Origin: Acholeplasma laidlawii PG-8A
Lineage (GTDB): Bacteria > Bacillota_I > Bacilli_A > Acholeplasmatales > Acholeplasmataceae
Length of the DNA stretch: 32,000 nt
NCBI RefSeq assembly: GCF_000018785.1
Contig: NC_010163.1
Span: forward strand, 840,001-872,000
Reading direction: 5' to 3'
How positions within the stretch are numbered: the first letter of the stretch is position 1; every line of letters starts with the position of its first letter. Below, one piece after another: positions 1 to 9,219 of this stretch. The position numbers were made by a program, and so were the translations under genes. The notes beneath the pieces are model-generated. The model did not search any database. It was not told the DNA's origin and saw only the letters and a list, made by a program, of their open reading frames with translations.

Positions 1-2247
1 AACCTAAAAACAGATGAATCTGCATTAACAGGTGAACCAATTCCAGTTGAGAAAAACATTGATTCAATTTCTCAAGATGAGGTTGCATTAGGTGATAGAT
101 TTAACATCGGTTACATGAGTACAGTTGTCACTTATGGTCGTGGTTTAGCAGTTGTTACATCTACTGGTATGCAAACTGAGATTGGTAAAATTGCTACAAT
201 GTTATCTACAACCGAAACAGAATTAACACCACTTCAAAAAACTATTTCTAAACTTGGTAAAACACTAGCTATTATTGCTTTATTTGTTGTTACAATCATC
301 TTTATTATCCAAATATTAAGAGGTTGGTTTACTGTTGGTGTAGAAAATATTGCTTGGATTGAAATATTTATGTCATCCATTGCTTTAGCAGTTGCAGCTA
401 TCCCAGAAGGTTTACCAGCAATTATTACCATTGTTCTAGCAATCGGTATGCAAAACTTAGTTAAACAACGTGCTATCATGCGTACCCTACCTGCAGTTGA
501 AACATTAGGTTCTACTTCGATTATTTGTTCTGATAAGACTGGTACATTAACTCAAAACGTCATGACGATTACTGAAACTTATCTATATGATAGTACAACT
601 AAAGTCACAGACATTGTAAATCCTACTAAAGAACTAAAAATGTTAATTGATTATGGTGTCCTATGTAATGATACTAAAGTTCAATTATCTGATGAAAAAA
701 AGTATATCAAGATTGGTGATCCAACAGAAATTGCATTAACCGATTTATCTATAGCAACACATGATAACCCAATCAAAGTACTTGAAACATATCCGAGAGT
801 ACATGAACTTCCATTTGACTCTGAACGTAAGTTAATGACTACTGTCCATGAAATTGATGGTAAATACGTATCTATTACAAAAGGTGCTCCAGATGTTTTA
901 TTTGCTAAGGCTACTCATGTGAATAACCATGGTTCCATCGAAAAAGTTACACCTGCAATCATTGATACATTTACTCAACAAAATCAAGACTTCGCAGACC
1001 AAGCATTACGTGTATTAGCTATTGCTTATAAAGTATATGAACAAAAACCTGAAGTCTTACAATTAACGCATGATGATTTAGAAAATGATTTAACTATTCT
1101 AGGTTTAGTCGGTATGATTGACCCAGCAAGACCTGAAGTTAAAGATGCAATTATTGAAACTAAAAATGCTGGTATTATAACTATCATGATTACTGGTGAT
1201 CATAAGAATACAGCGGTTGCTATTGCAACTGATCTAGGGATTCTAGAACAAGGTCACTTAGCAATCACAGGTAAAGAACTAGACCGTATGTCTGATGAAG
1301 AATTCCTCGAAAAACTTCCTCAAATTAGAGTATATGCACGTGTTTCTCCTGAAAATAAAGTACGTATCGTTACAGCTTGGAAAACAACAGGTAAGATTGT
1401 TGCCATGACTGGTGACGGTGTCAATGACGCGCCAAGTATCAAACGCGCTGATATTGGTATTGCAATGGGTATTACTGGTACAGAAGTTGCTAAAGGTGCC
1501 GCAGACATGATTTTAACTGATGATAATTTTGCTACTATCGTTTCAGCAGTCAAAGAAGGTCGTACAATTCTTTCCAACATTAAAAAAGCAATTCACTTCT
1601 TACTATCTTGTAACATTGGTGAAATCATTACTATCTTCTTAGGCGTTACAATAGGTATTCTATTATTCCCAAATGAACCACAATTACAAATATTAACAGC
1701 TGCCCAAATCTTATGGGTTAACTTGGTAACTGACTCATTTATGGCGATTGCACTTGGTTTAGAACCTAAAGAACCAGATGTCATGAACCAACCACCAAGA
1801 GATAATTCAAAAGGTGTATTTGCAGATGGATTAGGTAAAAAAGTTGCTTGGCAAGGTGTTTTAATTGGTTTCATCACATTCTTAGCATTCTATATTGGTT
1901 ATTTAATTGGTGATGAAGGCAATAAACTACAACATGCACAAACTATTGGGTTCATGGTCTTAGCAATTTCACAATTATTCCATGCGTTTAATGTTAGAAG
2001 TGAAAAACACTCTACATTCAAACTACAACCAAATAAATTCTTAATCTATGCATTCTTTGGATGTCTAGTATTACAATTGACCACTGTATTTGTTCCATTT
2101 ATTGCAAACAATATCTTTGGTGTAGATGATGTATTACATTGGCAATGGTTAGATTGGTTAGTTGTAGTAGGTTTATCAGTTACTCCATTAGTTGTTGTTG
2201 AACTTGTTAAATTCATACAAAATAGATGCTCAAATAAATTAGCTTAA
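1..2247 (+). CDS. Cation-transporting P-type ATPase (P2A/Ca2+-type), 5' end outside the window
   Basis: Reading frame is open from base 1 (NLKTDESALTGEPIPVEK...). Contains PEGLPA, the phosphorylation motif CSDKTGTLTQN, KGAPDVL, MTGDGVNDAPS and C-terminal TM segments. Confidence 0.95.
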   Translation, partial: NLKTDESALTGEPIPVEKNIDSISQDEVALGDRFNIGYMSTVVTYGRGLAVVTSTGMQTEIGKIATMLSTTETELTPLQKTISKLGKTLAIIALFVVTIIFIIQILRGWFTVGVENIAWIEIFMSSIALAVAAIPEGLPAIITIVLAIGMQNLVKQRAIMRTLPAVETLGSTSIICSDKTGTLTQNVMTITETYLYDSTTKVTDIVNPTKELKMLIDYGVLCNDTKVQLSDEKKYIKIGDPTEIALTDLSIATHDNPIKVLETYPRVHELPFDSERKLMTTVHEIDGKYVSITKGAPDVLFAKATHVNNHGSIEKVTPAIIDTFTQQNQDFADQALRVLAIAYKVYEQKPEVLQLTHDDLENDLTILGLVGMIDPARPEVKDAIIETKNAGIITIMITGDHKNTAVAIATDLGILEQGHLAITGKELDRMSDEEFLEKLPQIRVYARVSPENKVRIVTAWKTTGKIVAMTGDGVNDAPSIKRADIGIAMGITGTEVAKGAADMILTDDNFATIVSAVKEGRTILSNIKKAIHFLLSCNIGEIITIFLGVTIGILLFPNEPQLQILTAAQILWVNLVTDSFMAIALGLEPKEPDVMNQPPRDNSKGVFADGLGKKVAWQGVLIGFITFLAFYIGYLIGDEGNKLQHAQTIGFMVLAISQLFHAFNVRSEKHSTFKLQPNKFLIYAFFGCLVLQLTTVFVPFIANNIFGVDDVLHWQWLDWLVVVGLSVTPLVVVELVKFIQNRCSNKLA

Positions 2248-2255
2248 CAAAGTTT

Positions 2256-2292
2256 AAGGTTACCATAAAGTAAAGTGGTAACCTTATTTTTT
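2256..2292 (+). terminator. Rho-independent terminator after the P-type ATPase
   Basis: Perfect 9-bp stem AAGGTTACC/GGTAACCTT (2256-2264 / 2277-2285) followed by ATTTTTT. Confidence 0.85.
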
Positions 2293-2327
2293 ATGTTTTA
2301 TTGATAAATATGTCGTATAATATAGTT

Positions 2328-3021
2328 ATGAAAACAATGATAAAAAAATACCCAAACACCAAATTTATTGCACATAGAGGACTTCCCTCAAAAGTATTAG
2401 AAAATACCCTAGAAGGTTTTAAAAAGGCTGCAAAGCTACCTTTTTTTGGCATTGAAACTGATATTCATCTGAACCCTTGATCAGGTAGCTATCATACATC
2501 ATGATGATAATCTAATAAGACTTGCAAATATCGATTTAAACATCAATGAGACAAGTTATGAGGTGCTTAGTACTCTTAAACTTAAAGACACATATAAAAT
2601 ACCTTTACTTGATGCATACATTGATATTTGTAAAACCTATCACAAAGAAGCAATCATCGAGCTAAAACCAAAATTTAGCTTAGATCAAATTAAATTCTTT
2701 ATTGAAAAGATTGAAGCACATGATTATTTAGACCATGTCATTTTTATTTCTTTTCATCGAGAAAACCTAGTTCAATTAAAATCCATATTAAAAATATGTA
2801 ATATTCAAATATTAACAGATACATTTGATGAAGACATATTTAATTTTTTAATTAAGCATAGATTTGATTTATCTATACATCATAGTCAGGTAACCAAAGA
2901 CTTAATTAATTTACTACATAAAAATGATATAAAAATTAGTACATGGACAGTAAATGATAAGGTTTTAATGGAAAGTTTAGCAAAATTAGGTATTGACTAT
3001 ATTACAACAGACGGTATATAA
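2328..3021 (+). pseudogene. Glycerophosphodiester phosphodiesterase family gene, split by a +1 frameshift near 2477-2478
   Basis: Frame 1 from ATG 2328: MKTMIKKYPNTKFIAHRGLPSKVLENTLEGF...GIETDIHLNP then TGA (2478-2480). The next frame continues DQVAIIHHDDNLIRLANIDL... into ORF 2563-3021 (IIELKPKFS, ...WTVNDKVLMESLAKLGIDYITTDGI). Removing one T joins all GDPD motifs. Confidence 0.8.
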
Positions 3022-3058
3022 AAATAAAACCCACTTATAAAATAGTGGGTTTTATTTT
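3021..3058. terminator. Bidirectional terminator between the GDPD locus and rnpB
   Basis: Perfect 15-bp inverted repeat AAAATAAAACCCACT / AGTGGGTTTTATTTT, U-tract on both strands. Confidence 0.85.
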
Positions 3059-3061
3059 GCA

Positions 3062-3437
3062 TATGAATTAGTGCATAAGCCATGTTCTGTAAAGAATTTC
3101 TTCTTTTGTGACTATTAATCTCAAGACATAAATCTTGCACGATGTTGTATTACTACACATCATGTGCCCCTACCTAATTTGGGTTGCTAGCTTGAGGGGT
3201 TTACCGCGTTTCACCCTATTTATTTCTAAATAGATTCGTCTCTGTGGCACTTTAATTTAAGTTATAACGTAGTGAAACACTTTAGCTATAACTAGTTTGC
3301 CGTTATGTTTATTAAACATACCTAAGGTTATGGTTTCCCTTAGCACAAACACTACACACCCATAAGGTGTGTGCTAGCATGGACTTTCCTAACGAATCAT
3401 AAAGATTCGCTCAGTCACCTTCCTAACTCCATAATGC
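3062..3437 (-). ncRNA. rnpB: RNase P RNA (Gram-positive type B-like)
   Basis: On the minus strand: GAGGAAAGTCCATGC-like TTAGGAAAGTCCATGC, AAAGTGCCACAGAGACGA, GGTGAAACGCGGTAAACCCCTC..AGC..AACCCAAATT..GGTAGGGG, and ACAGAACATGGCTTA. Termini can pair as P1 (GAGTTAG / CTAATTC). Ends are approximate. Confidence 0.93.
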
Positions 3438-3443
3438 ATAGAC

Positions 3444-3472
3444 ATTTTATATGCTTTTAGATTAAATGTCAA
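3444..3472 (-). promoter_or_regulatory. Predicted promoter for rnpB
   Basis: Minus strand TTGACA (3472-3467), 17-nt spacer, TAAAAT (3449-3444), about 7-10 nt upstream of the predicted RNA 5' end. Confidence 0.7.
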
Positions 3473-3495
3473 ACAATTCATTGTATTATCATAAT

Positions 3496-3789
3496 TTACT
3501 TAACTTTATGTCTAAAGAAGAGAATTATAGATGAAATTAGTGTACCAATAAAGACAAATAAAGTAAAACCAGAGATGAGTAAATAGCCTAGTGCAGCCCA
3601 TCCAGTATCATCATTGGCTGTAATACCTAGAATCAAAAATGCTACAGATATAGCTAAAACTATACCTGGTATGATAAAGACCAACCATTTATTCTTTTTT
3701 GAAAGTACACCACTTAACCAGAAGTTAATCAAACCACTTGCAAGAAAAATGAAAAACATATTTAAGTATAACTGTAGATTATCATCCAT
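3496..3789 (-). CDS. Small membrane protein of unknown function
   Basis: ORF with about 3 predicted TM segments (MDDNLQLYLNMFFIFLASGLINFW...). The start was moved from the ORF-track start to the ATG preceded by AAAAAAGGTGGTG. Confidence 0.65.
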   Translation of the reverse strand: MDDNLQLYLNMFFIFLASGLINFWLSGVLSKKNKWLVFIIPGIVLAISVAFLILGITANDDTGWAALGYLLISGFTLFVFIGTLISSIILFFRHKVK

Positions 3790-3869
3790 AACAACACCAC
3801 CTTTTTTAAAGAATAATTTATTATAATAGATTTTTTTGTTTAAACGCTTACTTTTACTCAATAATAAAA

Positions 3870-3911
3870 AAATCCTAGCCTATATCGTATGAGTATATAT
3901 GGCTAGGATTT
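3870..3911 (-). terminator. Terminator downstream of pnp (stem works on both strands)
   Basis: Perfect 11-bp stem AAATCCTAGCC (3870-3880) / GGCTAGGATTT (3901-3911), with a T-rich tract on the minus strand. Confidence 0.75.
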
Positions 3912-3934
3912 ATATTTAATATCAAACTATTATC

Positions 3935-6082
3935 TTATAAAGCATCTTTTCTTGATAAGTCAACACGTCCACGTTCATCAATCTTAACAACTTTAACTAA
4001 GATTTGATCACCAACTTTAACTTTACCATCTAAAGATTCTGTTCTTTCTTTTTCCCATTTAGAAATGTGGACTAATCCTTCAGTTCCTGGGAAGATTTCA
4101 GCAAATACACCTTGAATTTTCTTACCATCTTTATCCATTAATAAGCGTGTTACTTTAGCTTCATATAGTTCGCCAACTTTAGCTTCTCTTACTAAACTTT
4201 CGATGTAAGCAGCAGTTTTGTTTAACCATGCAGAGTCAGTATGCATAATGAATACTCTACCATCTTGTTCAATATCAATTTTAACGTTGTTATGATCTTC
4301 AATGATTTGAGTAATGATCTTACCACCAGCACCGATAACGTCTCTAATCTTATCTGGATTAATACGAATCATCTTAACTTTAGGTGCGAATGCACTTAAT
4401 TCAGTTCTTGTTTCACTAATTACAGTGTTCATGTGTGAAAGAATATGAAGTCTACCCTTACGAGCTTGTTCTAATGCTTCTTTCATAATCTCAGTTGTAA
4501 TACCTTGAATTTTGATATCCATTTGAAGTGCAGTAATACCATCTTTAGTACCTGCAACTTTAAAGTCCATATCGCCTTCATGGTCTTCCATACCTTGAAT
4601 ATCACTTAAAATTGAGTAATGTTCACCGTCCATGATTAAGCCCATTGCGATACCTGCAACTGGCGCTTTAATTGGAACACCAGCAGCCATTAAAGCCATA
4701 GAGCCTACACAAATTGTAGCTTGAGAACTTGAACCGTTAGATTCAGTAATTTCAGATACTACACGGATTGCATATGGGAATTCATCTTCAGAAGGTAATA
4801 CTTGTAATAAAGCACGTTCTCCTAAAGCACCGTGACCAATTTCACGACGTCCAGGTGCACCATAACGACCTGTTTCACCTACTGAAAATGGTGGGAAGTT
4901 ATAATGTAACATGAAGCGTTTTGTAACTGTTTCTTGTTCTAAACCATCAATAATTTGATTTTCATTTAATGAACCTAATGTGACTATACCTAAAGCTTGA
5001 GTTTGACCTCTTGTAAATAGTGCAGAACCATGAGTTCTTGGTAATAAATCAACTGAGGATGCAAGTGGTCTAATTTCATCTAAACCACGGCCATCAGGTC
5101 TTACTTTATCTTCAGTAATAAGGCGTCTAACTTCTTTAGTTACAATTCTGTCTAAAGAAACTTTAACTTGATTCATTAATTCTTTCTTTTGATCAGCATC
5201 TAGCACTTCTTTACCATCTACTGTCATCCAGAAATTTCTTTGTTCAAAGTGCGCTACTACTTCGTCTTTGATTGCATCAATTACATCATAACGTTCTTGT
5301 TTGTCAACAAGTGAAACAGCTTTAACTAATTCTTTACCTTTGTAAGCAAATACTTCATCAAAGATTGCTTGATTAAGACTTAGTAATTCAGGTTCTACTT
5401 TTTCAACTCCAAAAGCTTTTTTAATTGTTTCTTGGAAAGCACATAATTCTTTGATTGCTTCATGACCAAATAAAATAGCTTCTAACATAACTTCTTCAGA
5501 TACTTGTTTAGCGCCTGCTTCAACCATGTTAATTGCATCTTTTGTACCTGCAACGATTAAATCGATGTCTGATACATTTAATTGTTCTGAAGATGGATTT
5601 AATACGAATTGTCCATCAATACGACCAACATGTGCACCAGCGATTGGTCCCATGAATGGAATATTTGAAATTTCAAGTGCAATCGATGAACCGAGCATTG
5701 CAGCCATTTGGCTTGATGCTTCAGGATCTGATGATAACACTGTATTCACAACTTGAACTTCATTTCTATAACCATCGTCAAATAATGGACGTAATGGTCT
5801 ATCAATTAATCTTGATGTCAATGTTTCAACTTCTGATGGTCTACCTTCTCTTCTGAAGAATCCACCAGGAATTTTACCTGCAGCATATTGTTTTTCTGCA
5901 TAAATTACCATAAGTGGGAAAAAGTCAGTTTGACCCACTTTCGCTTTAGCAACAGCAGTTGATAATACAACAGTGTCACCATAATAAATCATTGCAGCGC
6001 CATTTGCTTGTTTAGCAATTTCGCCGACTTCAACTCTTAGTGGTTTCCCAGCAAGTGTTGTTTCAAATACTTGTTTAGACAT
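3935..6082 (-). CDS. pnp: Polyribonucleotide nucleotidyltransferase (PNPase)
   Basis: Full-length 715 aa: [46 protein letters not shown] (KH domain), C-terminal S1 domain. Confidence 0.97.
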   Translation of the reverse strand: MSKQVFETTLAGKPLRVEVGEIAKQANGAAMIYYGDTVVLSTAVAKAKVGQTDFFPLMVIYAEKQYAAGKIPGGFFRREGRPSEVETLTSRLIDRPLRPLFDDGYRNEVQVVNTVLSSDPEASSQMAAMLGSSIALEISNIPFMGPIAGAHVGRIDGQFVLNPSSEQLNVSDIDLIVAGTKDAINMVEAGAKQVSEEVMLEAILFGHEAIKELCAFQETIKKAFGVEKVEPELLSLNQAIFDEVFAYKGKELVKAVSLVDKQERYDVIDAIKDEVVAHFEQRNFWMTVDGKEVLDADQKKELMNQVKVSLDRIVTKEVRRLITEDKVRPDGRGLDEIRPLASSVDLLPRTHGSALFTRGQTQALGIVTLGSLNENQIIDGLEQETVTKRFMLHYNFPPFSVGETGRYGAPGRREIGHGALGERALLQVLPSEDEFPYAIRVVSEITESNGSSSQATICVGSMALMAAGVPIKAPVAGIAMGLIMDGEHYSILSDIQGMEDHEGDMDFKVAGTKDGITALQMDIKIQGITTEIMKEALEQARKGRLHILSHMNTVISETRTELSAFAPKVKMIRINPDKIRDVIGAGGKIITQIIEDHNNVKIDIEQDGRVFIMHTDSAWLNKTAAYIESLVREAKVGELYEAKVTRLLMDKDGKKIQGVFAEIFPGTEGLVHISKWEKERTESLDGKVKVGDQILVKVVKIDERGRVDLSRKDAL

Positions 6083-6209
6083 ATAAAATCTCCTTCATTT
6101 TATATTGAAATTATTTTCATTTTTTTCAATTCATTTAATTATAACATTAATCACTATAAATACACCACATATATCGATGAATATGGTATTTTAGATCCAT
6201 AAAAATAAA

Positions 6210-6230
6210 AAAAACTCAAAATGAGTTTTT
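6210..6230 (-). terminator. Terminator downstream of rpsO
   Basis: AAAAACTCA-AAA-TGAGTTTTT stem; the minus strand continues into a T-rich tract. Confidence 0.65.
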
Positions 6231-6231
6231 C

Positions 6232-6501
6232 TTATCTTCTTAAACCAAGTTCATTAATTAAAGCAGCATATCTTTGAGCATCTTGTTCTCTTAAGTACTT
6301 AAGTAAATTACGTCTACGACCAATTTTCATGAATAAACCACGTTTTGAATGGAAATCATGAATATGAGTTTGTAAATGTTCATTTAGCTCATTGATTTCG
6401 TGAGTTAAGATTGCAACTTGTACTTCTGGTGAACCAGTGTCGCCAGCGAATCTTGCAAATTTCTCAACGATTGCTTTTTTACTGTCTTTTGTCAGTGCCA
6501 T
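6232..6501 (-). CDS. rpsO: 30S ribosomal protein S15
   Basis: MALTKDSKKAIVEKFARFAGDTGSPEVQVAILTHEINELNEHLQTHIHDFHSKRGL...RRRNLLKYL. Start is at 6501 behind an AGGAGGA SD; the track's longer start is not supported. Confidence 0.96.
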   Translation of the reverse strand: MALTKDSKKAIVEKFARFAGDTGSPEVQVAILTHEINELNEHLQTHIHDFHSKRGLFMKIGRRRNLLKYLREQDAQRYAALINELGLRR

Positions 6502-6575
6502 AATGTTTCCTCCTATGTCTCGTATAGCTAAAGATTTTGTTTTGGCTAACAATGTCCTTGCTATCGACCTAATGA

Positions 6576-6604
6576 ATCATACCATAATAAAATTATAATT
6601 GCAA
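6576..6604 (-). promoter_or_regulatory. Predicted promoter for rpsO
   Basis: Minus strand TTGCAA (6604-6599), 17-nt spacer, TATGAT (6581-6576). Confidence 0.5.
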
Positions 6605-6655
6605 CATTTTTTTATTTTTTTATGATAAAATGCATTAATTTTGGAATAAATTACA

Positions 6656-6979
6656 TTATAATTTAATAAATTGGTCCACATTTAAAATGAACACAGTCGC
6701 TCCACCAACGGATACTTCGATTGGTAAAGTACTAAATGATCCGAATTCATTAACGATAGCATTTGGTACAATTTTACTGCGAGTCTTAGAGTATTTTTCA
6801 ATAATGTCTAATACTTCAGGTACCTTTTCATCATTAACACCAATTAAGAATGTTGCATTTCCTTCACGAAGGAATCCACCCTTAGTTGACAATCTAGTTG
6901 CGAATATTCTCTCTTTAACTAAACCTTTTTGAACTCTGTTTGCATCATCATTGGACACAACAGCTATAACCATTTTCAT
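6656..6979 (-). CDS. darA: PII-like cyclic di-AMP receptor family protein (DarA/PstA/YaaQ)
   Basis: MKMVIAVVSNDDANRVQKGLVKERIFATRLSTKGGFLREGNATFLIGVNDEKVPEVLDIIEKYSKTR matches the YaaQ/DarA family pattern. Confidence 0.88.
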   Translation of the reverse strand: MKMVIAVVSNDDANRVQKGLVKERIFATRLSTKGGFLREGNATFLIGVNDEKVPEVLDIIEKYSKTRSKIVPNAIVNEFGSFSTLPIEVSVGGATVFILNVDQFIKL

Positions 6980-7018
6980 AGATGATACCTCCTCTATTAA
7001 TCATATTTTATCATATTT

Positions 7019-7921
7019 TTATTTTTTTAATAAGTTGTAAGTTTGTTCTACATCTTTTTTGATTTGTTCTAACATCGCTTCTACTTTATCATATTTGATT
7101 TCATCTCTTAAATAATATTCAAATGAAACAGTAATTTCTTTTTCATATAAATTACCATCATAATCCATGATAAACACTTCTAATCTTCTTGTTGTTGAGT
7201 AGTTGATTGTTGGGTTATGACCTAAATTGGCGCATCCTAAATAGGTTTTATCACCTATTTCTACTATTACAGCATATACACCTATCTTAGGTAAAAAATG
7301 ATTCTTATAGTCTATATTAGCGGTTGGATACCCTATCATTTTACCAACCTTATCACCATGAATGACCTCACCATGGATGCTATAACTTTTATTAAGTAGT
7401 TTTCTAGCAAGTTTCATATCACCTTGCTCGAGTAATAACTTAATATAGGTTGTAGAAACACGTGTATCCTTATAAAGTAAATCTTCTACAACAAGTACTT
7501 CAAAATGTTGTTTTAAATCATCAACACTTCCAGATCCTTTATGACCAAACTTGAAATCACGACCGACAACAATACGTTTGACTTGAAGTGACTTTAACCA
7601 TTCTATAAATTCTAGCTTTTCTAATTTTGAGAATGCTTTTGTAAATTCAACAACCATAAATATATCAACATGCATCATTTTAAGTGCACGTTCTTTATCA
7701 GATATATCCATTAGAATGGGTAGTTCTTTATTGGTAATTACACTCATTGGATGAGGGAAAAATGTCATGACAGCACTTTTAGTGTCACTAAATTTTTTCA
7801 CCTTTTCAATAAGATTTTGATGTCCTATATGTAGCCCATCAAAATTACCAATGGTTAATGTAATGGGTTCATTATTTTTTATGGATTCATATGTAGTGTG
7901 TATTGTTTTCATCTCATGCAC
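7019..7921 (-). CDS. ribF: Bifunctional riboflavin kinase / FAD synthetase
   Basis: ITLGNFDGLHIGHQNLI, VVGRDFKFGHKGSG, GKMIGYPTANI, HNPTINYSTTRRLEVFI. An alternative in-frame ATG start lies at 7912; the 7921 codon is GTG. Confidence 0.93.
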   Translation of the reverse strand: MHEMKTIHTTYESIKNNEPITLTIGNFDGLHIGHQNLIEKVKKFSDTKSAVMTFFPHPMSVITNKELPILMDISDKERALKMMHVDIFMVVEFTKAFSKLEKLEFIEWLKSLQVKRIVVGRDFKFGHKGSGSVDDLKQHFEVLVVEDLLYKDTRVSTTYIKLLLEQGDMKLARKLLNKSYSIHGEVIHGDKVGKMIGYPTANIDYKNHFLPKIGVYAVIVEIGDKTYLGCANLGHNPTINYSTTRRLEVFIMDYDGNLYEKEITVSFEYYLRDEIKYDKVEAMLEQIKKDVEQTYNLLKK

Positions 7922-7927
7922 TTCCTT

Positions 7928-8767
7928 TTAAAATAGATATTTCAATTTATACTGTTGATTATCAGGTACGTAGTATGCAATGTAGTTACCCATTTCATCT
8001 TGTACAATAAATGGTTCATTTAAGGTGGTTTGACGTTCATCTAATACAACACCATTTTTAACAAGTTTAATTAAGTAGTCATTTAAGACTATTTTCTTAA
8101 CACCTTCAAACAATAAAGCGTGATCAATTAAGTCAGGTAGTTCCGTATCTTCAACTGTCTTTGACATATTTTGGCTATATGCATCAATGTTTGTTCTATT
8201 TAAGACCGACAGTGCACCAAAGGTATTTAATCCTAATCCGATATCTCTTGCGATACTTCGAATGTATGTACCCTTAGATACATGTGTAGAAAAATCTATT
8301 GTTTGTTTATTTATTTGATAAGTAAAATTATAAATACTTACTTCTCTAGCAGGAAGATCTAGTGGCTTACCACTTCTTGCAGCCTCATAGGCTTTAACAC
8401 CAGCTTTCTTGATTGCTGAATAGCTAGGAGGTATTTGCTTATAAGTAGGCACTATACGGTTTAAAATAGCTTTTAAATCATCTTCTGTAAATGATACAGG
8501 TGCTTCATTTATGACTTCGCCTGTGGTGTCATCTGTATCATATGATTTACCAAGTACAATGGTACCATCATATTGCTTATCAAGCTCATCAAATAGAAAG
8601 GCTAACTTTGTTGCTTTACCGACTAAAATAATTAATAAACCGGTAGCAAAAGGATCTAGTGTTCCTGTATGTCCTACTTTTTTAATATTAAATTTCTTTC
8701 TAATTTGATAAACAATATCATGGCTGGTTAGCCCAGCTTTTTTATTGACTAAAAATATACCGTTCAT
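7928..8767 (-). CDS. truB: tRNA pseudouridine(55) synthase
   Basis: MNGIFLVNKKAGLTSHDIVYQIRKKF..KVGHTGTLDPFATGLLIILVGKATK; GTYIRSIARDIG. Start placed behind AGTAGGATGTAT; the upstream start in the track (8803) is less likely. Confidence 0.94.
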   Translation of the reverse strand: MNGIFLVNKKAGLTSHDIVYQIRKKFNIKKVGHTGTLDPFATGLLIILVGKATKLAFLFDELDKQYDGTIVLGKSYDTDDTTGEVINEAPVSFTEDDLKAILNRIVPTYKQIPPSYSAIKKAGVKAYEAARSGKPLDLPAREVSIYNFTYQINKQTIDFSTHVSKGTYIRSIARDIGLGLNTFGALSVLNRTNIDAYSQNMSKTVEDTELPDLIDHALLFEGVKKIVLNDYLIKLVKNGVVLDERQTTLNEPFIVQDEMGNYIAYYVPDNQQYKLKYLF

Positions 8768-8799
8768 ATACATCCTACTTTTTATATATTTATTATAAC

Positions 8800-8828
8800 A
8801 CAAGAAAAAAGGCTTTATTACAAGCCTT
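8800..8828 (-). terminator. Terminator downstream of trxA
   Basis: Minus strand AAGGCTT-GTAATA-AAGCCTTTTTTCTT. Confidence 0.75.
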
Positions 8829-8833
8829 ACTTC

Positions 8834-9142
8834 TTATTTATGTTCTTCTATCCAAGATAGAATTTTTTCTCTTGGTTGATAACCTGATGCTCTAGATACT
8901 TCTTTACCATCTTTAAATAATACAAGTGTCGGTACAGCGCGAATACCATTATCAATTGCTTCTTTTCTGTATTCGTCGATATCTAGTTTAATCAATTGTG
9001 CTCCAACGTTTTCAGTGCTAATTTGTTCTAAAACAGGCATTAACATTTTACAAGGTCCACACCATGTAGCAAAAAAGTCTACTAAAACAAGGCCATCTTT
9101 ACTCACTAGACCTTTAAAATCTTCACCTTTATATTGTTGCAT
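8834..9142 (-). CDS. trxA: Thioredoxin
   Basis: VLVDFFATWCGPCKMLMPVLEQI...GIRAVPTLVLFKDGKEV: WCGPC active site and cis-Pro motif. Confidence 0.96.
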   Translation of the reverse strand: MQQYKGEDFKGLVSKDGLVLVDFFATWCGPCKMLMPVLEQISTENVGAQLIKLDIDEYRKEAIDNGIRAVPTLVLFKDGKEVSRASGYQPREKILSWIEEHK

Positions 9143-9219
9143 TTAAAATGCCTCCTAATTTTGATTGTAATTATATTATAACTTCTTTAGGTTAAATAAT
9201 CAAAGAATATGGCTAAGGG

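Noticed and set aside
234-1877. Minus-strand ORFs 234-479, 1320-1580 and 1593-1877 inside the P-type ATPase
   Set aside because: They are antisense shadows of a strongly conserved coding frame, with no SD and no recognisable domains.
2478-2480. TGA read as tryptophan (Mycoplasma/Spiroplasma code 4) to explain the GDPD disruption
   Set aside because: Translating TGA as Trp gives SGSYHTS, which does not match the family. Continuity is only restored by a frame change. Elsewhere TGG is used for Trp and TGA terminates recU, consistent with the standard code.
3083-3433. Multiple inverted repeats (for example ACACACC/GGTGTGTG) considered as a mobile-element end or CRISPR-like structure
   Set aside because: They are internal helices of the RNase P RNA, whose conserved core motifs are all present on the minus strand.
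5526-5856. Plus-strand ORFs 5526-5756 and 5656-5856 within pnp
   Set aside because: Antisense shadow ORFs of PNPase with low-complexity composition and no support.
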